DNA of 64,000 nt from an uncultured Aliarcobacter sp. (lineage in GTDB: Bacteria > Campylobacterota > Campylobacteria > Campylobacterales > Arcobacteraceae). Below are positions 20,082-28,061 of the stretch, piece after piece. The translations under genes and the position numbers were made by a program. The stretch is taken from the NCBI GenBank assembly GCA_963664305.2, contig CAXXLV010000002.1, positions 1,184,001 to 1,248,000 on the forward strand, in the 5' to 3' direction. Positions within the stretch are counted from its first letter, which is position 1; every line of letters begins with the position of its first letter. The notes below the pieces were generated by a model. It was not told where the DNA came from. It did not search any database and was given only the letters and a program-made list of their open reading frames with translations.

Positions 20082-21776
20082 ATGAAACATTTTTTACTAT
20101 TTATTTTATTTTTATCAAACTTATATAGTTTTGATTTTATTAAAGATTATATTTCTGAAGACAATATACATTTTACTCCTGCTTCATATGATGAATATAA
20201 AACAAAAAAAATCAAAGAGTTTACATTTAAATTTAAAATTGATTTAGAAAATTTAAAAGAAAAACACAGTTATTTAGCAATTGTTTCAAATACAAATGCT
20301 CTGATTTATACTAATTTTAAATATGAAACACTCAACAATACAATATTAATAAAATTAGATGAAATTAAAAATAATGAGTTAATTCTTCAATACAAATATG
20401 AAAAAGAAAAAAGACCTGAGTTTCGATGGAATATTATTTCAGATTTTGAATATAAATACTTACTAAAATTTGAAGGTATTTTATATGGAGTGTCATATGG
20501 AATAATTTTTTGTGCATTTTTATACTACATTATCATCTATTTTTCAACAAGAATGAAATATTTTTTATATTATTCTTTAATGCAATTTTTTGTTTTATTA
20601 TCACTTATTGGTTTTGTATATTTTAGTTATCAAGCTTATCCTTCTTCAACCCCACAAATGATTGTTGATATTTGTGAAACTCTGAGTTTTATGTTTACTT
20701 TATTATTCTGTCAATCTATTTTACAAACTAAAGAAAGATTAGTAATAATTCATAAGTTTTTAAACTTTTTTATATTTTTAAATGTATTAGATATTATTGC
20801 TATTTTTATCTATAAATATTCCATTTTATATGAATATTTACCTTTTCATATAGGCTTTCTAGTTCCTTTTTTTACTGGAATGATAACCATATATAAAGGA
20901 GATAAAAATGCAATAATATATACTTTTGGATGGTTAATAGTAACTATTTTTGTTTATATTGCTGAACATCGAATAGTTCCTATTAGTAATATTTATATCA
21001 TTCATTTAGGTGCTCCTTTAGAATCTTTAATTTTTAGTTTTGCTTTAGGATTAATGTTAAGAAATCTTACAAAAGAAAAAAATGAAAAAGAAAAACTTTT
21101 AATTCATCAAAGTAAACTAGCTTCAATGGGAGAAATGATAAACAATATTGCACATCAATGGAGACAACCTCTAACCCATCTTGGTTTTATTAATATGAAT
21201 TTACAACTTGCATTTGAAGATAAACCAATAAACAAAAAGTACTTAAATGAAAAAATAGAAGAATCCTATATACAACTTGATTTTATGTCAAAAACAATTG
21301 ACAATTTTATGGACTTTTATAAATTAAATAAAAAAACTGAACTCTTTTATATAAGTAATGCAGTAAAAAAAGCTTTAGATATTATGGAACCTATTTTTGA
21401 GAATCATAAAATCAAATTTGATTTTACAGTAATAAAAGATAAACAAATAAATTCTTTTGAAAATGAGTATTCTCAAGTAATTTTAAATCTTTTAACAAAT
21501 GCAAAAGATGCCATTATTTCAAAAAAAATTGAAAATCCAAAAATAAAAATTATTATTGATGTGGAAAACAATAGTTCTATCACTAAAATCTCAGATAATG
21601 CAAAAGGTATTGATAAAAAAAATATTGAAAAAATATTTGAACCATATTTTACAACTAAACAAGCAGGAAGTGGTATAGGACTTTATATGTCAAAAATGAT
21701 TGTTGAGACACATTTTAAAGGTAAAATTAATGTCTCAAACTTAAAAGAAGGAGCTTTATTTTCAATAGTAATATAA
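20082..21776 (+). CDS. 7TM-DISM sensor histidine kinase
   Basis: Seven TM helices, IAHQWRQPL H-box, NLLTNAKDA, FEPYFTTK, GSGIGLY. Confidence 0.92.
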   Translation: MKHFLLFILFLSNLYSFDFIKDYISEDNIHFTPASYDEYKTKKIKEFTFKFKIDLENLKEKHSYLAIVSNTNALIYTNFKYETLNNTILIKLDEIKNNELILQYKYEKEKRPEFRWNIISDFEYKYLLKFEGILYGVSYGIIFCAFLYYIIIYFSTRMKYFLYYSLMQFFVLLSLIGFVYFSYQAYPSSTPQMIVDICETLSFMFTLLFCQSILQTKERLVIIHKFLNFFIFLNVLDIIAIFIYKYSILYEYLPFHIGFLVPFFTGMITIYKGDKNAIIYTFGWLIVTIFVYIAEHRIVPISNIYIIHLGAPLESLIFSFALGLMLRNLTKEKNEKEKLLIHQSKLASMGEMINNIAHQWRQPLTHLGFINMNLQLAFEDKPINKKYLNEKIEESYIQLDFMSKTIDNFMDFYKLNKKTELFYISNAVKKALDIMEPIFENHKIKFDFTVIKDKQINSFENEYSQVILNLLTNAKDAIISKKIENPKIKIIIDVENNSSITKISDNAKGIDKKNIEKIFEPYFTTKQAGSGIGLYMSKMIVETHFKGKINVSNLKEGALFSIVI

Positions 21777-21785
21777 AAATATTAT

Positions 21786-22178
21786 CTATAATCTGATATT
21801 TTTTTGTAAATATGAAATCATTTCTTTGTTTACTAAAGATAAAGCATTTCTTTCTATTTTTTCATTTTGAGAAAATCTGTTTAATCTATTTATATAGTTT
21901 TCTACTTTTTCTTCTAGTTTTCTATCATTTACTAAAAGTATAATTTTTGCAGAAATTCTTTTTATCTCTTTTAGTTGAATTTTAAAATTTTCATCATCAA
22001 TTAACATAATCTCTTCTGTTAATTTTGAATATAAATCTAATTTTGTATTTCTAAGCCATTTATTTTGTTCAATTTTATTGTTTATTTTTGAAGAAACTAA
22101 TGTATCTACTAATTTAGTTGCAACTGCACCAACTAATGCACTTTTTGCAACTGATGTTAAAAGAGTTACATTTAACAT
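21786..22178 (-). CDS. Hypothetical protein with N-terminal hydrophobic Gly/Ala helix
   Basis: 130-aa ORF with AAGGA SD and SALVGAVAT segment, divergent from the Fur-family gene. Confidence 0.7.
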   Translation of the reverse strand: MLNVTLLTSVAKSALVGAVATKLVDTLVSSKINNKIEQNKWLRNTKLDLYSKLTEEIMLIDDENFKIQLKEIKRISAKIILLVNDRKLEEKVENYINRLNRFSQNEKIERNALSLVNKEMISYLQKNIRL

Positions 22179-22236
22179 GAAAATCCTTTTTATTTTTTTT
22201 GATTATATTTATCAAAGACTTAAAAAACATTTAAAA

Positions 22237-22251
22237 TGATAATTACAATCA
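22237..22251. promoter_or_regulatory. Fur-box-like site
   Basis: TGATAATtACAATCA, 12/14 match, in a divergent promoter region. Confidence 0.55.
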
Positions 22252-22305
22252 ATATTCTTTTAAGAATTTTAATGATAAAGTTCTATTTAATAAAAGGAGT
22301 TTAAT

Positions 22306-22455
22306 ATGAAAAACTTAATTGATATAGATAATGAGTATATTTCTAATTCATCTTTATATAAAACAAATGTAAAAATTCACAAAAACTTATGGAAATTTTA
22401 TGGTTTAGCACTTAGCTTTAGTATAATATTTATTTTAATTAAAGGTATAAATTAA
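22306..22455 (+). CDS. Small membrane protein (49 aa, not in the ORF track)
   Basis: Strong SD AAGGAG. MKNLIDIDNEYISNSSLYKTNVKIHKNLWKFYGLALSFSIIFILIKGIN. Its stop overlaps the next ATG (TAATG). Confidence 0.7.
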   Translation: MKNLIDIDNEYISNSSLYKTNVKIHKNLWKFYGLALSFSIIFILIKGIN

Positions 22456-22904
22456 TGGAACCAAATCAAGATGTAGCATTTAATATATTTTTAAAAAATT
22501 TCAAAAAACAAGTTTCAAAAATTGGATTAAAAAATTCAATTCAAAAAGATTATATTTTAAAAGTTTTATATTTTTCAAAAAAACATCTAACAGCTGAAGA
22601 TATTTCAAATGAAATTAAAACTATTTATAATGTATCAATAGGTATTGCAACAGTATATAGAGCTATGAAATTTTTTCATGATATGAAACTTGTAAATCAA
22701 CTTGATATTGGAGATGGTATTTTAAGATATGAACTTAATTTATCTGACCATCATGACCATTTAATTTGTACTTCTTGTGGAACTATTATTGAATTTAATG
22801 ATGACTTAATTGAATTAAATCAAATTAAAATTGCTAGTAAAAATAATTTCATTTTAAAAGAACATGTAATGACAATATATGGACTTTGTGAAAACTGCCA
22901 ATAA
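22455..22904 (+). CDS. Fur-family transcriptional regulator
   Basis: HLTAEDI, IGIATVYR, HHDHLICTSCG, YGLCENC. Confidence 0.93.
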   Translation: MEPNQDVAFNIFLKNFKKQVSKIGLKNSIQKDYILKVLYFSKKHLTAEDISNEIKTIYNVSIGIATVYRAMKFFHDMKLVNQLDIGDGILRYELNLSDHHDHLICTSCGTIIEFNDDLIELNQIKIASKNNFILKEHVMTIYGLCENCQ

Positions 22905-22909
22905 TCCCT

Positions 22910-22924
22910 TGATAATAATTATTA
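22910..22924. promoter_or_regulatory. Fur-box-like site upstream of the fez-like operon
   Basis: TGATAATaATTATTA, 13/14 match. Confidence 0.65.
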
Positions 22925-22984
22925 GTTTATAATAAGTTTAATTTAATAATTAAAAAGAAAAAATACATCTTAGAAAGGATTATT

Positions 22985-23299
22985 TTGATAGATACAGATG
23001 ATATAATAAAAATAGCTAGTTATTTTTCTATTATTGCTCACACTCCTGGAAGATTAAGAGTTAGAGTTAATCCCAAAATAACGCAAAATGCTGGAAATAT
23101 TACCCTAAGTGATATTGAAGATTTACCAAAAAAAATTGATGGAATAATTAATATAAAAATAAATAAAATTATTGCATCAGTTACAATTATTTATGACCCA
23201 AAAATTTTTAAACCAAAACTTTGGGAAGATTTGATTAAAAATGAGAATTTGGAAGAGTTATCAGTACTAATAAATGAACTTGCTAAGGAGGTAATTTAA
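22985..23299 (+). CDS. HMA_2-like domain protein (ferrosome-cluster accessory)
   Basis: AHTPGRLRVR and IKINKIIASVTIIYD motifs, no CxxC. Confidence 0.75.
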   Translation: MIDTDDIIKIASYFSIIAHTPGRLRVRVNPKITQNAGNITLSDIEDLPKKIDGIINIKINKIIASVTIIYDPKIFKPKLWEDLIKNENLEELSVLINELAKEVI

Positions 23300-23982
23300 T
23301 GGTAGAAAATTTTGATGAACAATTACTAATCAATGCAAGAGTTGATATAAATAGTGATATTCCTATACAAACTCAAATTCTAAGAATTGCAGTTTATGAT
23401 GAGTTCAAAGCTTATGAAACATATACAAAAATCATCGAAAAATTTGGATTTGTTCAACCTTTTGTAAACATCAAAGAGGCTGAAGCTATTCACTACTCTG
23501 CTCTAATTCAACTCATGCAAAAATATAACATTGAAGTTCCAATCAATAATTGGTCTTCAAAAATTGAAATTCCAAATACATTAATTGAGTGTTGTGAAAT
23601 GGGTGTAGCAGGTGAAATTGAAAACATTTCCATGTATAACAATTTATTAAGTTATGCTACTGATGCAGATGTTAAAGATGTACTTTTTAGATTGCAAGCA
23701 GCTTCATACAACAATCATTTACCTACATTTAGGAATTGTGTATTAAACCATTATAGTAATGGAAATACACCAACTATATCTCAAGACAATATCATGGAAA
23801 AAATTGGAGAATATCAAGTTATCTTAGATGATATAATGTCTGGAAATATTGATGAAAATTCAATATCTAATATCTTTTCAAAATTAAATCTGTCTATGGT
23901 TAGTGGTGCTGTTTTAGGAGGTGCAATTATTGCTCTTTTAAACAACTATATTTCAAAAAAAGAGATTAAAGAAGAGGAGTAA
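23299..23982 (+). CDS. Ferritin-like (DUF2202-like) protein with C-terminal GxxxG membrane helix
   Basis: DEFKAYETY, EAEAIH, GVAGEIENISMY, AASYNNH. Tail SGAVLGGAIIALL. Confidence 0.8.
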   Translation: MVENFDEQLLINARVDINSDIPIQTQILRIAVYDEFKAYETYTKIIEKFGFVQPFVNIKEAEAIHYSALIQLMQKYNIEVPINNWSSKIEIPNTLIECCEMGVAGEIENISMYNNLLSYATDADVKDVLFRLQAASYNNHLPTFRNCVLNHYSNGNTPTISQDNIMEKIGEYQVILDDIMSGNIDENSISNIFSKLNLSMVSGAVLGGAIIALLNNYISKKEIKEEE

Positions 23983-23985
23983 AAG

Positions 23986-24255
23986 ATGGCTTTACCATTT
24001 ATTTTAGGGTTAGCAGTAGGTGCTGGTGCTATGTTCGCTTTTAGTAATAAAGATAAATTAAAAGATAAATCTTCAAAATTATTTGAAAAAACAAAAGATG
24101 GTGTTGAAGAAATAAAAGATAAATTTTGCGCAACAAAAGAGTGCATTGAAGAAAAAATAGAAAAAAAAACTACCAAAAAAGTTGATAAAGTTCAAGAAGA
24201 AAAACCAAAAACAAGAAAATATCAAAAAAAAGTAAAAACTGAGGAAGAAGCGTGA
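23986..24255 (+). CDS. Small GxxxG membrane protein (FezA-like)
   Basis: MALPFILGLAVGAGAMFAF followed by a charged helical tail. Confidence 0.7.
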   Translation: MALPFILGLAVGAGAMFAFSNKDKLKDKSSKLFEKTKDGVEEIKDKFCATKECIEEKIEKKTTKKVDKVQEEKPKTRKYQKKVKTEEEA

Positions 24256-24623
24256 AAGAGATAAAAGATCTAACAATTGATACAGGAACTCCTAGAAATG
24301 TTCTTGGACATGTAATTAGTGGTGCAGTTGCAAGTGCTGTAATTAGTGGTGCAATTAATTATAAAAAAACTCAAGCTAGACAAATTACAAAAAAAGAAGC
24401 TATTAAAGATACTATCAAAAGAACTTCACAAGGAGCAATTGCTACAGGAAGTGCAATTGCAACTGCAAATTATTTAGGTCAAAAAGGTGGTTTATTAAAA
24501 GCTTTAACTGCTGCATCAATTGGAATGATGGGAATATATGCAATTGAAGTAATAGAAGAAAAACTTGACCAAAAATATTTAACAAACCAAAATATTCCTA
24601 TTGAGGGGGAAGATTATGAATAA
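24252..24623 (+). CDS. Gly/Ala-rich hydrophobic protein (ferrosome-cluster accessory)
   Basis: GHVISGAVASAVISGA, GAIATGSAIATA and ASIGMMG. GTGA overlap with the upstream gene. Confidence 0.7.
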   Translation: MKEIKDLTIDTGTPRNVLGHVISGAVASAVISGAINYKKTQARQITKKEAIKDTIKRTSQGAIATGSAIATANYLGQKGGLLKALTAASIGMMGIYAIEVIEEKLDQKYLTNQNIPIEGEDYE

Positions 24624-24966
24624 TCAAACAAATCAATATGATTTAAATATTGAAAGTACAAGAAATCAAAATCTTCAAACAGGTGCAAATATTAATCAGA
24701 ATCCATACATTAATCAAAATGTAAATTCTTTACAAACTCCTGTTCAAAACCAAGTAACTTCTCAAAATGGTTTTTTAAATAATGATTTTGTAAAAGGTGC
24801 ACTTTTAGGAGCTGCTGTTACTTATCTTCTTACAAATAAAAATGCACAAGATACTATTTTCAAAGCTTTTGGAAAAGGAAGTGAACTTTTTAGTGCTGGA
24901 ATTGAAGAGTTAAAAGAGAGATACGAAGATATGAAAGCTCAAATGCAAGCGCAACAAGAACAATAA
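24616..24966 (+). CDS. GxxxG membrane protein with N/Q-rich N-terminus (FezA/YtxH-like)
   Basis: DFVKGALLGAAVTYLLTN, GIEELKERYED. ATG at 24616 after a GAGGGG SD. Confidence 0.72.
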   Translation: MNNQTNQYDLNIESTRNQNLQTGANINQNPYINQNVNSLQTPVQNQVTSQNGFLNNDFVKGALLGAAVTYLLTNKNAQDTIFKAFGKGSELFSAGIEELKERYEDMKAQMQAQQEQ

Positions 24967-24969
24967 AAA

Positions 24970-27078
24970 ATGAAAAATAAATTTGTAAAAGTACATCAAA
25001 CTGCTTTTAGAGTTAGATACAAACTTTTTTTATTAAAAGAAAAATTTATTGATGAAGAAATATTAAAAAATTACTTCAGAAAAATAAAAGAGATAGAAGA
25101 TGTAAGAATTAATAAAAAAGCTTGCAGTATTATATTTCAATTAAAAAGTGATATAACAGAAAAAATTGAAAAGATTTTAAATAATCTTTCAATTGAAGAG
25201 TTACTTAAATCTTGTGAAGAAGAAGTAGCTGCTGTTTGTGTTTCGTGTTCAAGCAGTGAAGAACCCTCTTTAAAAGGTATTGTAAGAGCTAGTTCAGCTT
25301 TAATTGCTGAAAGATTTATCACAAATAATGCTTTAAAAGCAACTTTAACAACAACTGCATCTATTCCATTATTGGTTGAAGGTTCAAAGGAGTTATTCAA
25401 AGAAGGATTAACTTCTAAAGTTTTAGAAAGTGCTGCTGTTGCTATTTCAATTTATAGAAAAGATTATTTAGCTGCAAACTCAACAAATGCTATGCTTGAA
25501 CTTGGTGAATATATAGAAGAGACAACTGTTCATAAAAGTGATGATTTATTAAAAGAACTTTCTAAACCAAATGTTGAAGAAGCTTGGGTAGAAAAAAATA
25601 TTGATGGAAAAATTACTGAAATATTAGTAAAAAGCTCAAATATTCAAATTGGAGATATTGTAGTTGTAGGAATTGGAAATACTATTCCTGTTGATGGACA
25701 TATTGTTGAGGGAACAGGAACTATAAATCAAGTTTCTATGACAGGAGAAGCACAACCTGTTATAAAATATAGAGGTGATAGGGTAATTTCTGGAACTATC
25801 GTTGAAGAAGGTAGATTTAGAATTTGGGCTGAACATGTAGGAGCTGACACGGCAACACAAAGAATCAAACACTATATTGAAAATTCATTAAACGAGAAAT
25901 CATCTGTTCAACTAAAAGCAAATAAATTAGCAAATAAATTGGTTCCTGTTACACTTGGGCTTGCTACAGCTTCATATATTTTTACAAAAGATATTGAAAG
26001 AGTTGCTTCAATTTTACAAGCTGATTACTCATGTGCATTAAAACTTGCAACTCCTGTTGCCTTTAAATCAACTATTTCAAAAGCTGGTCATAATGGAATT
26101 ATGATTAAAGGTGCAAAATCAATTGAAGCCTTAAATAGTGCAGATACTTTTGTATTTGATAAGACAGGAACATTAACAGCAGGGGAACTTGAAGTTATAA
26201 GTGTTGAATCTTATGATGAGAAATGGACAGAAGAAGAGTTATTAAATCTTACAGCTTCTACAGAAGAACACTATTTTCATCCAGTAGCTGAAGCTGTTGT
26301 AAAAGCTGCAAAACAAAGAGGTTTTGTGCATATGCACCATGAAGAAGTAGAATTTATCGTTGCACATGGTGTAAAAACTGAAGTAAATGGTAAATCTGTA
26401 ATCATTGGAAGTCGTCATTTTTTAGAAGATGATGAAAAGATTGACTTCGGTGAACATAAAGAAAAAATTGAAAATTCTTTAAAAAATGGAAAAACTCTTC
26501 TTTATGTTGGTTATGATGGAAAACTTTTAGGAACAATTGGTTTAAGTGATGAATTAAGATCAAATGCAAAAGAATCAATAACTAAACTAAAAAAACTAGG
26601 TGTAAAAAATATCATAATGCTTACTGGTGATACAAAAGAAAAAGCATTAAAAATTGCCAATGAATTAGGTATTGATGAAGTAAGAGCAGAACTTTTACCG
26701 CAAGATAAAGCAAATATTGTAAAAGAATTGATGGATGAGGGCAAAAAAGTTGCCTTTGTTGGTGATGGTATAAATGATGCGCCTGCTTTAATATCTGCAC
26801 ATGTTGGAATTTCTATGAGTAGAGGTGCTGATATTGCAAAAGCAACAGCAGATATATCTTTACTTAAAGATGATATTGCAGCTGTTGTTGAAGTAAAAGA
26901 GTATGCAAATAAAACTATGAATTTAATAAACAATAACTTTAATGCAACTGTTGGAATAAATTCTTGTATATTAGCTGGTGCAACATTTGGAGTATTTTCA
27001 CCAATTGTAACAGCAGTTTTACATAATGGTACAACTATTGGATTATTGTTCAATTCAATAAAAGGTGTAAAAATCTAA
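24970..27078 (+). CDS. fezB: P1B-6-type heavy-metal ATPase, FezB-like
   Basis: TGE, DKTGT, HP and GDGIND core motifs. TM motifs DYSCA and HNGTT, ExxE (ELGEYIEE), and an N-terminal FRVRY domain. Confidence 0.85.
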   Translation: MKNKFVKVHQTAFRVRYKLFLLKEKFIDEEILKNYFRKIKEIEDVRINKKACSIIFQLKSDITEKIEKILNNLSIEELLKSCEEEVAAVCVSCSSSEEPSLKGIVRASSALIAERFITNNALKATLTTTASIPLLVEGSKELFKEGLTSKVLESAAVAISIYRKDYLAANSTNAMLELGEYIEETTVHKSDDLLKELSKPNVEEAWVEKNIDGKITEILVKSSNIQIGDIVVVGIGNTIPVDGHIVEGTGTINQVSMTGEAQPVIKYRGDRVISGTIVEEGRFRIWAEHVGADTATQRIKHYIENSLNEKSSVQLKANKLANKLVPVTLGLATASYIFTKDIERVASILQADYSCALKLATPVAFKSTISKAGHNGIMIKGAKSIEALNSADTFVFDKTGTLTAGELEVISVESYDEKWTEEELLNLTASTEEHYFHPVAEAVVKAAKQRGFVHMHHEEVEFIVAHGVKTEVNGKSVIIGSRHFLEDDEKIDFGEHKEKIENSLKNGKTLLYVGYDGKLLGTIGLSDELRSNAKESITKLKKLGVKNIIMLTGDTKEKALKIANELGIDEVRAELLPQDKANIVKELMDEGKKVAFVGDGINDAPALISAHVGISMSRGADIAKATADISLLKDDIAAVVEVKEYANKTMNLINNNFNATVGINSCILAGATFGVFSPIVTAVLHNGTTIGLLFNSIKGVKI

Positions 27079-27083
27079 CTTTA

Positions 27084-27143
27084 TGATAATAGTTATCAGT
27101 TTTATTTAAGTTTATACAGATAGAATTATGATAATTATTATCA
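27084..27143. promoter_or_regulatory. Two Fur-box-like sites
   Basis: TGATAATaGTTATCA (27084-27098) and the perfect TGATAATtATTATCA (27129-27143), which abuts an SD. Confidence 0.8.
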
Positions 27144-27154
27144 AAAGGATTTTT

Positions 27155-27271
27155 ATGCCAATATTATTGATTGCAACAGCTTTCACAGCAATTTTAACTG
27201 TTAAAACTGTAAATAAAACTGTAAAAACAATGGAAAAAAGAAGAAAAAGGAAAATAAATGATGAAATTTGA
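27155..27271 (+). CDS. Small membrane peptide (38 aa, not in the ORF track)
   Basis: AAGGA SD. MPILLIATAFTAILTVKTVNKTVKTMEKRRKRKINDEI, overlapping the start of the next gene. Confidence 0.6.
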   Translation: MPILLIATAFTAILTVKTVNKTVKTMEKRRKRKINDEI

Positions 27272-27491
27272 TTTAGAATTACAAAGAGAAGCTGCAAAAA
27301 TTGGTATGACAGCAACACTTGGTGCAACTGTTGTGACGTCAATGTTTATGAAAAATTCTATCGCAAAAAAAACTCATGTTGTTGCAGGTGTTGCATTTTG
27401 TGGATTTGCTTTATGGCACCATATGCTTTATCAACCTAAAAAATCTAAACAAGAAAAATTAATAAAAAAAGTAAAAACAGAAATTGAATAA
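27258..27491 (+). CDS. Small 2-TM His-containing membrane protein
   Basis: AKIGMTATLG and THVVAGVAFCGFALWHH. Confidence 0.72.
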   Translation: MMKFDLELQREAAKIGMTATLGATVVTSMFMKNSIAKKTHVVAGVAFCGFALWHHMLYQPKKSKQEKLIKKVKTEIE

Positions 27492-27524
27492 CTAATTTAT
27501 TTTTGATTAAGATTCTTTATATTA

Positions 27525-27539
27525 TGATAACGATTATCA
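27525..27539. promoter_or_regulatory. Fur-box-like site
   Basis: TGATAACgATTATCA, 13/14 match, just upstream of the ankyrin gene. Confidence 0.72.
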
Positions 27540-27557
27540 TTTTTATAAAGGATTTAA

Positions 27558-28046
27558 ATGTCTAATAATCATCTTCTTCAAAAAAATCTAAATGAACTAA
27601 TTGTAACAAATATTTTTTCATCACTTGTTAGTGGAGAAAAATGGAAAATGTTAATTACTATGTTTGAACTAAAAATACTAGATATAAATGCTAAAGATTC
27701 TAGAGGTAGAAATGCTTTGTATTGGGCAATTTTAAAAAATAAAACAGATATTATAAAAAAACTACTTGAACTTGGAATTTGTACAAAAGTATCTCCAAAT
27801 TTTTCAGCAATAAATTTTGCAGTTTATTTAGACAATATCAAAGTAATCAGATGTTTAAAAAATTGTGGAATAGATATAAATGAAATTGATGATATTAACT
27901 CTACTCCTTTAATTTATGCAATTTTATATAACAAATACAATAGTATCAAATATCTTATAGAAAATGGTGCAAATGTTGAACATGAAGATTTTTTAGGAAA
28001 TAGTGCAAAAAGTTTAGCAAAAAATTTAAAAATAGAAATCTTTTAA
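27558..28046 (+). CDS. Ankyrin repeat protein
   Basis: DINAKDSRGRNALYWA and STPLIYAI...LIENGANV. Confidence 0.9.
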   Translation: MSNNHLLQKNLNELIVTNIFSSLVSGEKWKMLITMFELKILDINAKDSRGRNALYWAILKNKTDIIKKLLELGICTKVSPNFSAINFAVYLDNIKVIRCLKNCGIDINEIDDINSTPLIYAILYNKYNSIKYLIENGANVEHEDFLGNSAKSLAKNLKIEIF

Positions 28047-28058
28047 AGATTTCTATTT
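28030..28058. terminator. Bidirectional terminator between convergent genes
   Basis: AAATAGAAATCTTT-T-AAAGATTTCTATTT. Confidence 0.7.
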
Positions 28059-28061
28059 CAA

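Noticed and set aside
24970..27078. Calling the ATPase CopA, ZntA or CadA
   Set aside because: It lacks the CPC/CPH/SPC TM motif and an N-terminal GMxCxxC. It has DYSCA and HNxxT instead.
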